Assembly: GCA_020355065.1 (NCBI GenBank)
Contig: CP070656.1
Span: 2,501,703-2,542,435 of the forward strand
DNA from: Fidelibacterota bacterium
GTDB lineage: Bacteria > Fidelibacterota > Marinisomatia > SCGC-AAA003-L08 > TS1B11
Length of the DNA: 40,733 nt
Reading direction: 5' to 3'
Part shown: positions 25,712 to 34,243 of the stretch, one piece after another
How the letters are laid out: every line of letters starts with the position of its first letter
Numbering within the stretch: the first letter of the stretch is position 1
Position numbers and translations under genes: made by a program
Notes under the pieces: generated by a model
Told to the model about the DNA's origin: nothing
Seen by the model: only the letters and a program-made list of their open reading frames with translations
Databases searched by the model: none

Positions 25712-26467
25712 CTATAGCAATCCATTAATTATCGATTCCACTACTAGATACCAGCCGTCCACCAGTACAAATAATAGAATCTTGAACGGCATGGATATCA
25801 TGACCGGCGGTAACATCATCATTCCCATGGACATCAATACGGCAGAGACCACCATATCAATCAGTAGCATGGGCAAATAGAGCATGAATCCGATCTGAAA
25901 GGCGATCCGCAACTCGTTGATCATGAAGGCTGGTACGACAACCATCAATGATAGATCACGCGGCGTTGCCGCTGTTGCGCCCGGAAAATAGCTCGCAAAT
26001 AATTCCAGATCCTTATCACGGGTGTGATGGATCATGAATTCCTTGACGGGTGAAACTGCTAGGGCAAGCGCTTCCTGCTGTTCGATCTCATCGTTCAAAT
26101 AAGGCTGCAGGGCGGTTGTATGTACTTCTTTCAGAACGGGACTCATGACGAAATAGGTCAGAAAGAGAGCCAGGCTGATGAGAATCTGGTTGGAGGGCGT
26201 GTTCTGGGTGCCAATCGCTTGACGGAGAAAATGGAAAATCACCACGATCCGGGTGAATGACGTCATCATGACAAGTATCGAGGGGGCTAGCGAAAGGATC
26301 GTGATCAGAATCACGATCTGGATAGTGGTACTTAACTGCTCGGGACTGGTAGCGGTATCAACCGATAGGTTGATGGAGGGAACGCCACTCGCCTGGCCAA
26401 GGGCCACGAGGGGTGTTCCAATCAGGAACAGAACAAGGGTAACTAACGGTAACCAGCGTCTCGTCAT
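25712..26467 (-). CDS. fliP: Flagellar export apparatus protein FliP
   Basis: A signal peptide is followed by ..TILSLAPSILVMMTSFTRIVVIFHFLRQAIGTQNTPSNQILISLALFLT.., which is canonical for FliP. Confidence 0.95.
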   Translation of the reverse strand: MTRRWLPLVTLVLFLIGTPLVALGQASGVPSINLSVDTATSPEQLSTTIQIVILITILSLAPSILVMMTSFTRIVVIFHFLRQAIGTQNTPSNQILISLALFLTYFVMSPVLKEVHTTALQPYLNDEIEQQEALALAVSPVKEFMIHHTRDKDLELFASYFPGATAATPRDLSLMVVVPAFMINELRIAFQIGFMLYLPMLLIDMVVSAVLMSMGMMMLPPVMISMPFKILLFVLVDGWYLVVESIINGLL

Positions 26468-26487
26468 GTTGTGACTTCCGCTGGTTT

Positions 26488-27000
26488 TTAGGCAAACTCC
26501 GTGCCATCCCCCTGATTCTCTTCTGGTGTGAAGTCATACAATAGCCGAATAGAATGATCAGTAATACCCAACAGCAGCTCTTTATGACGCACCTTGACCA
26601 TTACGATAGACTGTTTGGGACTGATATAGCGACGACCCAAAACGCGTATATCCGGCGAGGAGGCTTGCTTCAGCCGGTCCCCACCGTATCGCTTGAGGAT
26701 TCGAGCCCCAATAACGATTACTGCAATGATCAGCGCAACGTAGACAATGACTTTCCAAAGTGTAAGCGTCAAGTCGTTTCCTACTGCGAAATCGGTCTCC
26801 TGGACCGAATTCGTCGCAGTCGGTTGCGGCGGTGGCACCGGTTGCTGAGCAGCTGGTGCTTCCGTGGAAGCTTCGGTACGTGGCTTCTGCGTACGGGTCC
26901 CGATCGAGCGTTGCTGCAACGAAATCCCAACAATGGCCACCATGACCATCACCATTATCAGGATTAGATTTGCGAACCGACGGGCGTTGGTACGCGTCAC
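26488..27000 (-). CDS. fliO: Flagellar biosynthesis protein FliO (FliZ of Bacillus nomenclature)
   Basis: TM segments plus ..IRVLGRRYISPKQSIVMVKVRHKELLLGITDHSIRLL match the FliO family pattern. It sits between fliN and fliP. The GTG start overlaps the fliN stop by 1 nt. Confidence 0.8.
   Translation of the reverse strand: MTRTNARRFANLILIMVMVMVAIVGISLQQRSIGTRTQKPRTEASTEAPAAQQPVPPPQPTATNSVQETDFAVGNDLTLTLWKVIVYVALIIAVIVIGARILKRYGGDRLKQASSPDIRVLGRRYISPKQSIVMVKVRHKELLLGITDHSIRLLYDFTPEENQGDGTEFA
26492..26506 (-). promoter_or_regulatory. Perfect sigma-54 -24/-12 consensus at the fliO 3' end, upstream of fliP
   Basis: The minus strand reads TGGCACGGAGTTTGC, matching TGGCACG-N4-TTGC at all 11 specified positions. 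It overlaps the last fliO codons (GDGTEFA*). The -12 GC is 25 nt upstream of the fliP ATG (26467). Confidence 0.4.
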
Positions 27001-28151
27001 TACCGACCCAGACTCTTGATACGTTCCTTCGGATCGAGCAGGTGAGTGAGACGAACACCAAAATGGTCCTCCACTACTACCACCTCACCCTCGGCCAGTT
27101 TCTTCCCGTTGACCAGAACGTCCACGGGTTCCCCGGCCAGCTTGTTTAGCTCGATGACCGAGCCTTTACCAAGCCGAAGGATCTCATCCACAATCATAAT
27201 CTTGCGGCCGAGCTCAACGGATACATCCAACTCTACGTCAAGGAGCAGATTGATCTTGCGGCCCTTTCCATCCCCAGGGGCGGCTTCAATCAACTCGTCA
27301 AAATCAGCCGGGCTCACTTCCACAACCCCGCCTTCGTCAGCCGCATCACCGAAGAGGGCTGCGAGATCTTCTTCCTCTGCGCCAGCCAACGCTTCCTCTT
27401 CGCCGGGAGCCAAGTCGATCGGTTGGTCCTCCGATATATCCGCAGCCATGTCCGCTGGTTCTACCTCTGGGGCTTCTTCACCTTCAGCCTCTTCACCGGC
27501 TTCCTCAGCTTCTTCAGCCTCAGCTCCCTCCACAACTGTATCGACTGACTCATCTTCCTCAACCGGTGCTTCCTCCGCTTCCGAGCCTTCTTCAGCCTCC
27601 TCCGCACTCACTTCGCCCACTTCTTCACCAGACAGCTCACCCTGTAGGACATGGGTTACGAGGTACTGGGTCTCCTCTTCACCACGAGTGAAACGGTACA
27701 CGGCGAAGAGTCCTTCCCCTGGCAATTCCAACTCTTCCTGGGATGGAACCTCGACCAGTGCAATCTCACCAACGGTAAAGGCCTGCTCTTCTCCTTCCTG
27801 AGTAGCCTGCAGCTGACCTATGATCTGTGATGCAGCCTCTTTCACCCTATCATATTGTTCATCGCCAATTTCCTCCGGTACATCACCACCAACCATCCAG
27901 CTGAAGATCAATCCTGCCAATGACTTATCCAGGAGGAATAAATGGCTGTATTTCCCCTCCGTCGAACTCTCCAGACTCATCTTCAGTAACGGATACTCGT
28001 GTTCGGGTGAAAAGTCCTCAGTAAGAGCTCCGGGTTCGCCTGGATGGAGCTCGATTTTCTCCTGAAGGACTTGCCCTCCTGCTTCGCTTAGAACAGGCAA
28101 CAGCTCGTTCATCACAGGCTGGTATCGCTCAATAAGCTCCTCATACTTCAT
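27000..28151 (-). CDS. fliN: C-ring protein FliN/FliY-type (N-terminal FliM/CheC-like half-domain, ~125-aa acidic linker, C-terminal FliN/SpoA domain)
   Basis: The C-terminus INLLLDVELDVSVELGRKIMIVDEILRLGKGSVIELNKLAGEPVDVLVNGKKLAEGEVVVVEDHFGVRLTHLL is canonical FliN. It follows fliM. The CheC-type D-x3-E-x2-N motif reads DRVKEAAS, with N replaced by S. Confidence 0.9.
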   Translation of the reverse strand: MKYEELIERYQPVMNELLPVLSEAGGQVLQEKIELHPGEPGALTEDFSPEHEYPLLKMSLESSTEGKYSHLFLLDKSLAGLIFSWMVGGDVPEEIGDEQYDRVKEAASQIIGQLQATQEGEEQAFTVGEIALVEVPSQEELELPGEGLFAVYRFTRGEEETQYLVTHVLQGELSGEEVGEVSAEEAEEGSEAEEAPVEEDESVDTVVEGAEAEEAEEAGEEAEGEEAPEVEPADMAADISEDQPIDLAPGEEEALAGAEEEDLAALFGDAADEGGVVEVSPADFDELIEAAPGDGKGRKINLLLDVELDVSVELGRKIMIVDEILRLGKGSVIELNKLAGEPVDVLVNGKKLAEGEVVVVEDHFGVRLTHLLDPKERIKSLGR

Positions 28152-29139
28152 GGCTTGTTTCCTCTCCGACTAAATCTGTTATCATAAAAGCGCGGAATTT
28201 ATCCCGTCTGCCAACCACGCCTTTGAACATGGGCTTGTCCTTAATGAACATTACGCTGGTTTCCTCCGGCCGTTCTTTTAACACCAGGAGGTCTCCTACT
28301 TGCAGGTTGATAAAATCCTGAATCGTTATGGTTGTATTGCCTAGAGTCGCTCTAACGGGAGTCGTTACCTTCCGCACGTGATCCTCTACCATAATCCTTT
28401 CTTCACTGCTTGAATCGGTAACACCAAACTGGAGCGCATCCTGAACATCCGGCCGGCCCACGATCTCTGACAACCAGCGGTAGGGATAGCAGAAATTCAT
28501 CAACGTTTTATGATCATGGATCTTGACCTGCAGGGATACAACGACCACCGGCTCCGCTGACGGCACAATCTGAATGAACTCCGGATTGCTCTCATATCGA
28601 TTGATCTCGACCTTGATGGCCGCGACCGGGCTCCAGACATTGATCAATTCCTGCATGGCTCGATCCATTACTCGTCGCATGATCTTCTGCTCGATCGCCG
28701 ATATTGGACGAGCGGCACCGGCCGAGAAAGATCCCTTGCCTCCAAAAAGCTTCTCTACAATAAATATCACCAACCCGGGACTGAGCTCTACGATCGCCTC
28801 ACCTGGCGGCTCTTCGACTTCAAAAACATACAGCACACCCGGGGGCGCAATAGACATCACGAACTCTGAATACAGAAGCTGGTCAATCGCCAGGAGCTCG
28901 ATTTCAACAATCATGCGCAGCTGGGCTGAGAGGAACACACCGAAGTTCCGTGAAAAGTTTTCATGGAGGTTTTCCAGAAGCCGCATCTGCTCCTTGGAAA
29001 TAAGGTTGGGATGTTTGAAGTCGTATAAGACTACCCGCCGCGGGGGGCCACCCTCTACTCGTGCAGCCTCACTGGTGTCCTCCGCCACCGTGGAGAGGAG
29101 GGCATCAATTTCAGCCTGGCTTAAAATCTTGGCCACCAT
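28141..29139 (-). CDS. fliM: C-ring switch protein FliM
   Basis: An N-terminal CheY-P binding peptide (ILSQAEIDALL), a FliM middle domain and a SpoA-like C-terminus. Length is 332 aa. Confidence 0.95.
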   Translation of the reverse strand: MVAKILSQAEIDALLSTVAEDTSEAARVEGGPPRRVVLYDFKHPNLISKEQMRLLENLHENFSRNFGVFLSAQLRMIVEIELLAIDQLLYSEFVMSIAPPGVLYVFEVEEPPGEAIVELSPGLVIFIVEKLFGGKGSFSAGAARPISAIEQKIMRRVMDRAMQELINVWSPVAAIKVEINRYESNPEFIQIVPSAEPVVVVSLQVKIHDHKTLMNFCYPYRWLSEIVGRPDVQDALQFGVTDSSSEERIMVEDHVRKVTTPVRATLGNTTITIQDFINLQVGDLLVLKERPEETSVMFIKDKPMFKGVVGRRDKFRAFMITDLVGEETSHEV

Positions 29140-29147
29140 GACCTCCT

Positions 29148-29729
29148 TTACTGAATGAGAAAGGTGGTAAAGAATACCGTATCCACCGGTTCACTCTCCA
29201 GCACCGAGTTGATGAGACTACGTACTGTATCCCTGGCAGTTACCATAAACTGACGGGTTGATATTTCCTGAACCGTCCGGCCCCCAAAATAATAGATGAG
29301 GGCATCGCGAATCTGATACTCCTTTTCCACCATCTCCTGCTGACTTTCCTCTGATGTGGTTTCCACCATCAGATCAAGCGTGACGAACCGACGCCCGAGA
29401 GAACCGGCCGTATTTGCGGTAATCCCCATGATCGGATGTCTGATCACCGGGCCCTTCTTCTTTTTCTTCTCCTTCTTCTTTTTCGGCTTCTGGAGCTTCT
29501 GCTTAACCTCTGTTAAACTCTCACCGACGGGACTTTTCTTGACGCGGGGTAACACAACCTTCTGTGTCACAAAAAAGGCACCCGCTGCCAGAACTAGGGC
29601 CGACACTATTAGAATGATCAGTTTGACAAAGGGAGGTAGGGGCTTCGATTCCTTTACTTCCTCCTCTTCGGGCTCTGGCCCTTCTTCAGGCTCCTCGATC
29701 GGAATACCGCGCTCTTCAATTTCACTCAT
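29148..29729 (-). CDS. fliL: Flagellar basal-body-associated protein FliL
   Basis: A single TM segment, then the C-terminal FliL pattern ..RFVTLDLMVETTSEESQQEMVEKEYQIRDALIYYF..; it sits between motB and fliM. It contains an unusual KPKKKKEKKKKKG tract. Confidence 0.88.
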   Translation of the reverse strand: MSEIEERGIPIEEPEEGPEPEEEEVKESKPLPPFVKLIILIVSALVLAAGAFFVTQKVVLPRVKKSPVGESLTEVKQKLQKPKKKKEKKKKKGPVIRHPIMGITANTAGSLGRRFVTLDLMVETTSEESQQEMVEKEYQIRDALIYYFGGRTVQEISTRQFMVTARDTVRSLINSVLESEPVDTVFFTTFLIQ

Positions 29730-30441
29730 CGATGGATTCGCTCCAGGTTATATAGAGTTCTACCCGGCGGTTCTTGGCTCTGCCCTCCGGCGTATCATTC
29801 GGTTCCAGTGGAACGTACTGGCTATGACCAACTACCGCCAGCTGTTCGGCGGGAACTCCTTCCGCCTCCAGCAAGCGTACCACACTTAAGGCACGTGCCG
29901 TGGAGAGCTCCCAGTTGGATGGAAATTCCGGCGTATTGATGGGGATATTATCCGTATGACCTTCCACGTACACAGTCTTCGTCTTTCCCTCGATCGTGTT
30001 GGCGATACCTGCCAGGACCCTTAAGGCCAGCGGTTTCAGGTCTGACTCTCCCGGAGCAAACAGGACCTGATCACCCATGCGGATCAGGACTTCTCCAGGA
30101 CCCATTACATCCACTGAAGCCAGGTCTTGCAGATCCTCCTGTTGGAAAACGTTGGCAATCTGTTCCATGCTTTCCACCATGTCAATCTGTTCACGCGCGA
30201 TACCGGTCGTACCGATCGCCGGTGACAGTTCTCCGATGATGCCTACATTCTTCTCCAGAACTCCCAGGTGTCGTGCCAGGGAACTGGCCGCCTGAAGGAA
30301 TTTCTGCTCATTGATAGAAGACATGGCAAACATCAGGACGAAAAAGGTCAACAGGAGGGTGACCATATCTCCGTAAGTGGTCATCCAGAAGGGAGCACCA
30401 GGCATACCTTCATCTTCAGGTTCAAGCTTCTTCTGGGGCAC
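29722..30441 (-). CDS. motB: Stator protein MotB
   Basis: A TM segment with the conserved Asp (WMTTYGDMVTLLLTFFVLMF) and an OmpA-like C-terminus (VEGHTDNIPI..NWELSTARALSV..). Confidence 0.93.
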   Translation of the reverse strand: MPQKKLEPEDEGMPGAPFWMTTYGDMVTLLLTFFVLMFAMSSINEQKFLQAASSLARHLGVLEKNVGIIGELSPAIGTTGIAREQIDMVESMEQIANVFQQEDLQDLASVDVMGPGEVLIRMGDQVLFAPGESDLKPLALRVLAGIANTIEGKTKTVYVEGHTDNIPINTPEFPSNWELSTARALSVVRLLEAEGVPAEQLAVVGHSQYVPLEPNDTPEGRAKNRRVELYITWSESIDE

Positions 30442-31234
30442 TTTCTACTCCTGGTTGGAATTCCTCCTCGCCCTCCTCTTCGGTCCCACGATCCTTGGGG
30501 GCGATGAAGTTCAAGAGCTTACGCTCAATATTCTTGGGGTGAACACCCCTTTGTATGGATAAAACGCCTTCGATAATCATTTGTTTGAACATGATCTCAC
30601 TGGCGGATTTACTCTTTAATTTACCTGCCATGGGAAGATAGACCAAATTCCCCAGAACCGCACCGTAGAAGGTGGTGATCAACGCCACGGCCATAGCAGG
30701 CCCAATGCTATCAGGCTCACTCAGAGAACCCAGCATTTTCACCAGACCGATGAGAGTACCGATCATACCGAAGGCCGGGGCATAGGTACCCAGGGAGGTA
30801 AAGATCCCCTGGCCGGTCTTATGTCTTTCTTTCAGAGAAACAATCTCGGTTTCCATGATATCCAGGATGGTGTCCGGCTCGGTCCCATCGATGGCCATTT
30901 CCAGCCCGACCCGCATGAATGGATCTTCAATCTCCTTCAACTGCTTGTCCAGGGCCAGGATGCCATCGCGTCGTGCCAGTTTTGCCAGCTCCGAAAACCG
31001 CCGGGCTGCCTCGAGCTCCCTGTTTTCCTGCTTGCGGAAGGCTTTTGCTGCCACCTTGAAGGTCGCTATGACCTTATCAATGGGGAAGTTAACCAGCGTA
31101 GCTGCCGTTGATCCTCCAAATACAATCAGAAAAGAGGGTGGATGGATAAAAGTGGCAGAGCCTTCTCCTGAGACTATGACGACTACGAGCAGGCCGAAAC
31201 CCGCCAAAATGCCCGCTATGGTGGCAATATCCAA
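30422..31234 (-). CDS. motA: Stator protein MotA
   Basis: A 4-TM MotA/TolQ/ExbB-family protein (..YAPAFGMIGTLIGLVKML..ALITTFYGAVLGNLVYLPMAGKL). It uses a TTG start with SD GGAGGAG 5 nt upstream. Confidence 0.93.
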   Translation of the reverse strand: MDIATIAGILAGFGLLVVVIVSGEGSATFIHPPSFLIVFGGSTAATLVNFPIDKVIATFKVAAKAFRKQENRELEAARRFSELAKLARRDGILALDKQLKEIEDPFMRVGLEMAIDGTEPDTILDIMETEIVSLKERHKTGQGIFTSLGTYAPAFGMIGTLIGLVKMLGSLSEPDSIGPAMAVALITTFYGAVLGNLVYLPMAGKLKSKSASEIMFKQMIIEGVLSIQRGVHPKNIERKLLNFIAPKDRGTEEEGEEEFQPGVESAPEEA

Positions 31235-31272
31235 TGAACTCCTCCTAGATACCTATCACACCACCGCCCGGT

Positions 31273-31306
31273 GGCCACCCCGGTCCCAAAAATGGGCGGG
31301 GTGGCC
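31273..31306 (-). promoter_or_regulatory. GC-rich stem-loop between flgE and motA (no U-tract; possible mRNA-stabilising or attenuating element)
   Basis: The minus strand reads GGCCACCCCG-CCCATTTTTGGGAC-CGGGGTGGCC, a perfect 10-bp stem. It starts 38 nt after the flgE stop. It is followed by ACCGGGCGG rather than a T-run. Confidence 0.45.
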
Positions 31307-31343
31307 TGAGCGGTAGGCTTGTTCCGATTAAGCTGAACGATGA

Positions 31344-32978
31344 TTATCGCTTCAACCTCATGGTTTCATCCAGCACTTGGTCAGATGTGGTAACCACTCG
31401 TGCGCTGGCCTGGAAGCCTCGCTGGGTCGTAATCATATCCGTGAATTGCCGGACAAGGTCAACATTCGACATTTCCAGCGAACCGGATAGGATGGACGAA
31501 TTGAACTGCTCCCCAGCCGCACCAATGAAGGGCGTACCCGAGCTTGAGCTCACTTCGTAAAGCCCATCACCGGTTCGCATCAAGCCAACCGGGTTGGGGA
31601 ACTCAGCCAGGGCCACCTGAGCCAGCACTGCCGTCTCGTCATTCGAGAATATGCCCTCGAGCATGCCATCCTCATCGATCTCGTATTGCAACAGATCACC
31701 GATAGGACGACCATCCTGCTCTTGGATACGCAGACTGGGATCACCGGCAAACTGGCTGATGCCTGAGAAGGCCTCGCTTCCCTCAACATCCAGTTTGATG
31801 GTGAACTGGGCGGCACCGTTCTCGGGATCTATCGTGATACCCGTCGCAGTACCATCCACATCAAACGCCACCACTTCGCCGGAGGTGCTGAATTGGATCG
31901 TACCTGTGCTGCCGGATACGATGGTCTCGTCTCCAACAAATTCGGCTTCCCAACGCCATTTGTTATCCACATCCATATGGGTGAAGGTTATCACGAGATT
32001 ATGGCTATCACCAAGGCTATCGTAAATAGCCGTGGAAGTGGTTGCCGTACCCGTAAATCCTTCCGTTCGCACCTCAAACGCCGGTAGGGAGATATCGGCA
32101 GTGCTGCTGAGCGTCACGCTCGCAAGCGAATCCCCCGCTTCGACACTCGTACCGGTGACCTTACCATCTTTGTCAATCACATCGGTTAACGTGATTTTAC
32201 CATCCGAACCGATGGCCGTCACGGCTTGACCTCCGAAGGCAGTATTAATCGCGGTCATGAGATGGCCCACGGTATTGTTCGTGGCACTGTAGGTGAAAGT
32301 CGCCGACACCGTCGTCCCGTCTGCCTTGGTACCACTGATTGAAATGGTATTCCCGGCCACGAGAGGTGTGCCTGTCTGGTTCAGGTTGTTCAGCGCTGTT
32401 GTTGAAGTCGCGGGACTGTCATCAGACTGGAGGGTCAGCGCGATACCTGTGGCAAGTACCTGCTCCACCGGTGCTAGGGTAGCATCCAGGTTCCCGGAGA
32501 GGAACACCGTCTCGGTCTGTTCCGCCGGCGAGGTCAGGTTCTTGTCTAGGAAGATCGTCTCTAATGGACCCGCCGAACTAACTTCTCCTTCTTCGTCGGC
32601 ACGCCATCCAAGGATGGACAATCCATTCGGATTGACCAGGATGCCCTGGTTGTCAAAAAAGAAGTTACCGGCACGCGTATATTGATTCTTCTCACCATCG
32701 CTCAGGATAAAGAACGAATTCCCTGCGATGGCCAGATCGGTGGCCGTACCGGTGAACTCCAGGCTTCCCTGGGTGAAATCAAGGTCGGTGGCGTTGAGGT
32801 TCACGCCTAATCCAACCTGCTTCCGCCCGGTCAATCCCTGGGACATGGCGTCTGCAAAGGTCACTCGGCTACTCTTGAAGCCCAGTGTCCGTACGTTTGC
32901 GAGATTGTTACCCAACACGTCCAGCTGGACGGTAAAGTTCTTCAATCCCGATACTGCTGATGTAAGAGATCTCAGCAT
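31344..32978 (-). CDS. flgE: Flagellar hook protein FlgE
   Basis: N-terminus MLRSLTSAVSGLKNFTVQLDVLGNNLANVRTLGFK; C-terminus ..SNVDLVRQFTDMITTQRGFQASARVVTTSDQVLDETMRLKR. Length is 544 aa, downstream of flgD. Confidence 0.95.
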   Translation of the reverse strand: MLRSLTSAVSGLKNFTVQLDVLGNNLANVRTLGFKSSRVTFADAMSQGLTGRKQVGLGVNLNATDLDFTQGSLEFTGTATDLAIAGNSFFILSDGEKNQYTRAGNFFFDNQGILVNPNGLSILGWRADEEGEVSSAGPLETIFLDKNLTSPAEQTETVFLSGNLDATLAPVEQVLATGIALTLQSDDSPATSTTALNNLNQTGTPLVAGNTISISGTKADGTTVSATFTYSATNNTVGHLMTAINTAFGGQAVTAIGSDGKITLTDVIDKDGKVTGTSVEAGDSLASVTLSSTADISLPAFEVRTEGFTGTATTSTAIYDSLGDSHNLVITFTHMDVDNKWRWEAEFVGDETIVSGSTGTIQFSTSGEVVAFDVDGTATGITIDPENGAAQFTIKLDVEGSEAFSGISQFAGDPSLRIQEQDGRPIGDLLQYEIDEDGMLEGIFSNDETAVLAQVALAEFPNPVGLMRTGDGLYEVSSSSGTPFIGAAGEQFNSSILSGSLEMSNVDLVRQFTDMITTQRGFQASARVVTTSDQVLDETMRLKR

Positions 32979-33110
32979 GTTAAAATCCCCTTCTCATATC
33001 AGGTTCTGGCAATGATCCTGCCTCAGTCGTTCAGCAGGATCCAGGCTTCCCTGAATGCCGGTGTCTGGTCTCAGAACCGGCTGGATGGGGCCAGCCTGGC
33101 CGTTTCTATG

Positions 33111-33542
33111 TCATACAATCGTCGCGCTGTCAATCTGTGTGAACACATTCTCAACAGCGGCGTCTTTCGTGATCGCCGTAACCACCTTCTTGTTCTTCAC
33201 GCTCACGATGAACGCGGTGTCATCCATCATGACCAGGGTATTAACACTGCCCTTTTGCTCGGCAAGATGGACAGCCTTCCCCAGGCGTTCAAGGTTGTGA
33301 GGTGATAAGGTGACGTTCCGCTCTTGCAGCCGCGTCAGGGCGTGAGCCGAGAACTCCACACCCGGAACGGATACCGGAGGCTTGGCTTCTGGGCTCTTGG
33401 ATGCCAGCTCACCGGCCAGCACCTTCGAGAAAGCGGCCCCCTTCTCCGGGGGATGCGCACCCTGGGTGCGCGAACCTTTAACCGGTTGGGGCGGCTTGAG
33501 CGGTTGAAGTCGGGTACTGAGTTCCAATTCCTCGGGTCTCAT
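33111..33542 (-). CDS. Flagellar operon protein of the flgD-flgE intergenic type (TIGR02530-like)
   Basis: 143 aa. ..VEFSAHALTRLQERNVTLSPHNLERLGKAV..VMMDDTAFIVSVKNKKVVTAI.., together with its position between flgD and flgE as in Firmicutes and spirochaetes. It has an ATGA overlap with flgD. Confidence 0.65.
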   Translation of the reverse strand: MRPEELELSTRLQPLKPPQPVKGSRTQGAHPPEKGAAFSKVLAGELASKSPEAKPPVSVPGVEFSAHALTRLQERNVTLSPHNLERLGKAVHLAEQKGSVNTLVMMDDTAFIVSVKNKKVVTAITKDAAVENVFTQIDSATIV

Positions 33543-34228
33543 GGTTGCTCCTCCGGGATGCGGATGGAGATCACGTTACCCATGGGGAACTCCAGTTCAC
33601 CGACCACCAGCATGGCGATTCCGGTCTCATAATTGACACCGGTAATGATGCCGGACGCTGTGGTGACGGCACGCACGTCGTTGCCGTCCGAATCCACTGC
33701 CTTGATCACGAAGCGATAGACGCCATCGGAACGTAACCGACCGGTATCGTCGATCCCGTTCCACGCGACGACCTGCTCTCCATCAAGCAGGTCCGCAACT
33801 TTGATTGTTCGGACAACCTGGTCGGATTCGTCACGGATAGTGATCGTCACCTCCGCCGCAGGATCTTCCAGTGTGAAGTGCAGGTTGGCATCACCGTCCT
33901 TCAGGACTATGCTGTCTCCAACCGCAATCACTTCCCTTCCGATGAGATTCGCCGCCATGGTGTTGTTGATTGCTTGGGTCATCACCAGGTCGATATCGAG
34001 GTTCTCACCGAGCTGCTGGTCGATACTGTACAGGCGCTCCAGGCTGCTGAACTGGGCCAACTGGGCGGCCATCTCCTGACTCTCCATTGGGGCCAGGGGA
34101 TCCTGGTTCTCCAGCTCCGCAATCAACAGGGTCAGGAACTCATCGTGTGAGATGGTTGCGCCGCCTCGCGACTGCGTTGCCTCCGGAAAAACCATGTTGC
34201 CACTCAAGGCCTCTGTGGCATCTACCAT
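33539..34228 (-). CDS. flgD: Hook capping/scaffold protein FlgD
   Basis: ISHDEFLTLLIAELENQDPLAPMESQEMAAQLAQFSSLE is the canonical FlgD N-domain. The C-terminus is FLgD-Ig/tudor-like. Confidence 0.93.
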   Translation of the reverse strand: MVDATEALSGNMVFPEATQSRGGATISHDEFLTLLIAELENQDPLAPMESQEMAAQLAQFSSLERLYSIDQQLGENLDIDLVMTQAINNTMAANLIGREVIAVGDSIVLKDGDANLHFTLEDPAAEVTITIRDESDQVVRTIKVADLLDGEQVVAWNGIDDTGRLRSDGVYRFVIKAVDSDGNDVRAVTTASGIITGVNYETGIAMLVVGELEFPMGNVISIRIPEEQP

Positions 34229-34243
34229 GGATGCACTCCTTTC

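Noticed and set aside
26582-27061. 159-aa minus-strand ORF overlapping fliO in another frame
   Set aside because: The fliO frame gives TM segments and the FliO family pattern and is coupled to fliN and fliP. The alternative frame is Arg/Ser/Cys-rich with no features.
27046-27801. 251-aa plus-strand ORF, Ser/Ala/Pro/Thr-rich
   Set aside because: It is the antisense reading of the Glu/Ala-rich fliN/Y linker (GAA/GAG/GCT repeats). It has no SD or context, and the opposite strand carries a canonical FliN domain.
28574-29158. 194-aa plus-strand ORF. Similar long plus-strand ORFs lie at 2325-2861, 20474-20965, 23838-24326 and 29356-29889.
   Set aside because: All lie antisense to strongly recognisable minus-strand genes (fliM, the cNMP-binding gene, flhF, flhB, fliL/motB). 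They have low-complexity or Arg/Ser-rich composition typical of shadow frames.
33091-33103. Palindrome GGCCAGGCTGGCC just after the TIGR02530-like gene
   Set aside because: The central loop is 1 nt, so it cannot form a hairpin as such. It resembles a restriction-site-like palindrome of no demonstrable function, and it is subsumed in the flgE leader observation.
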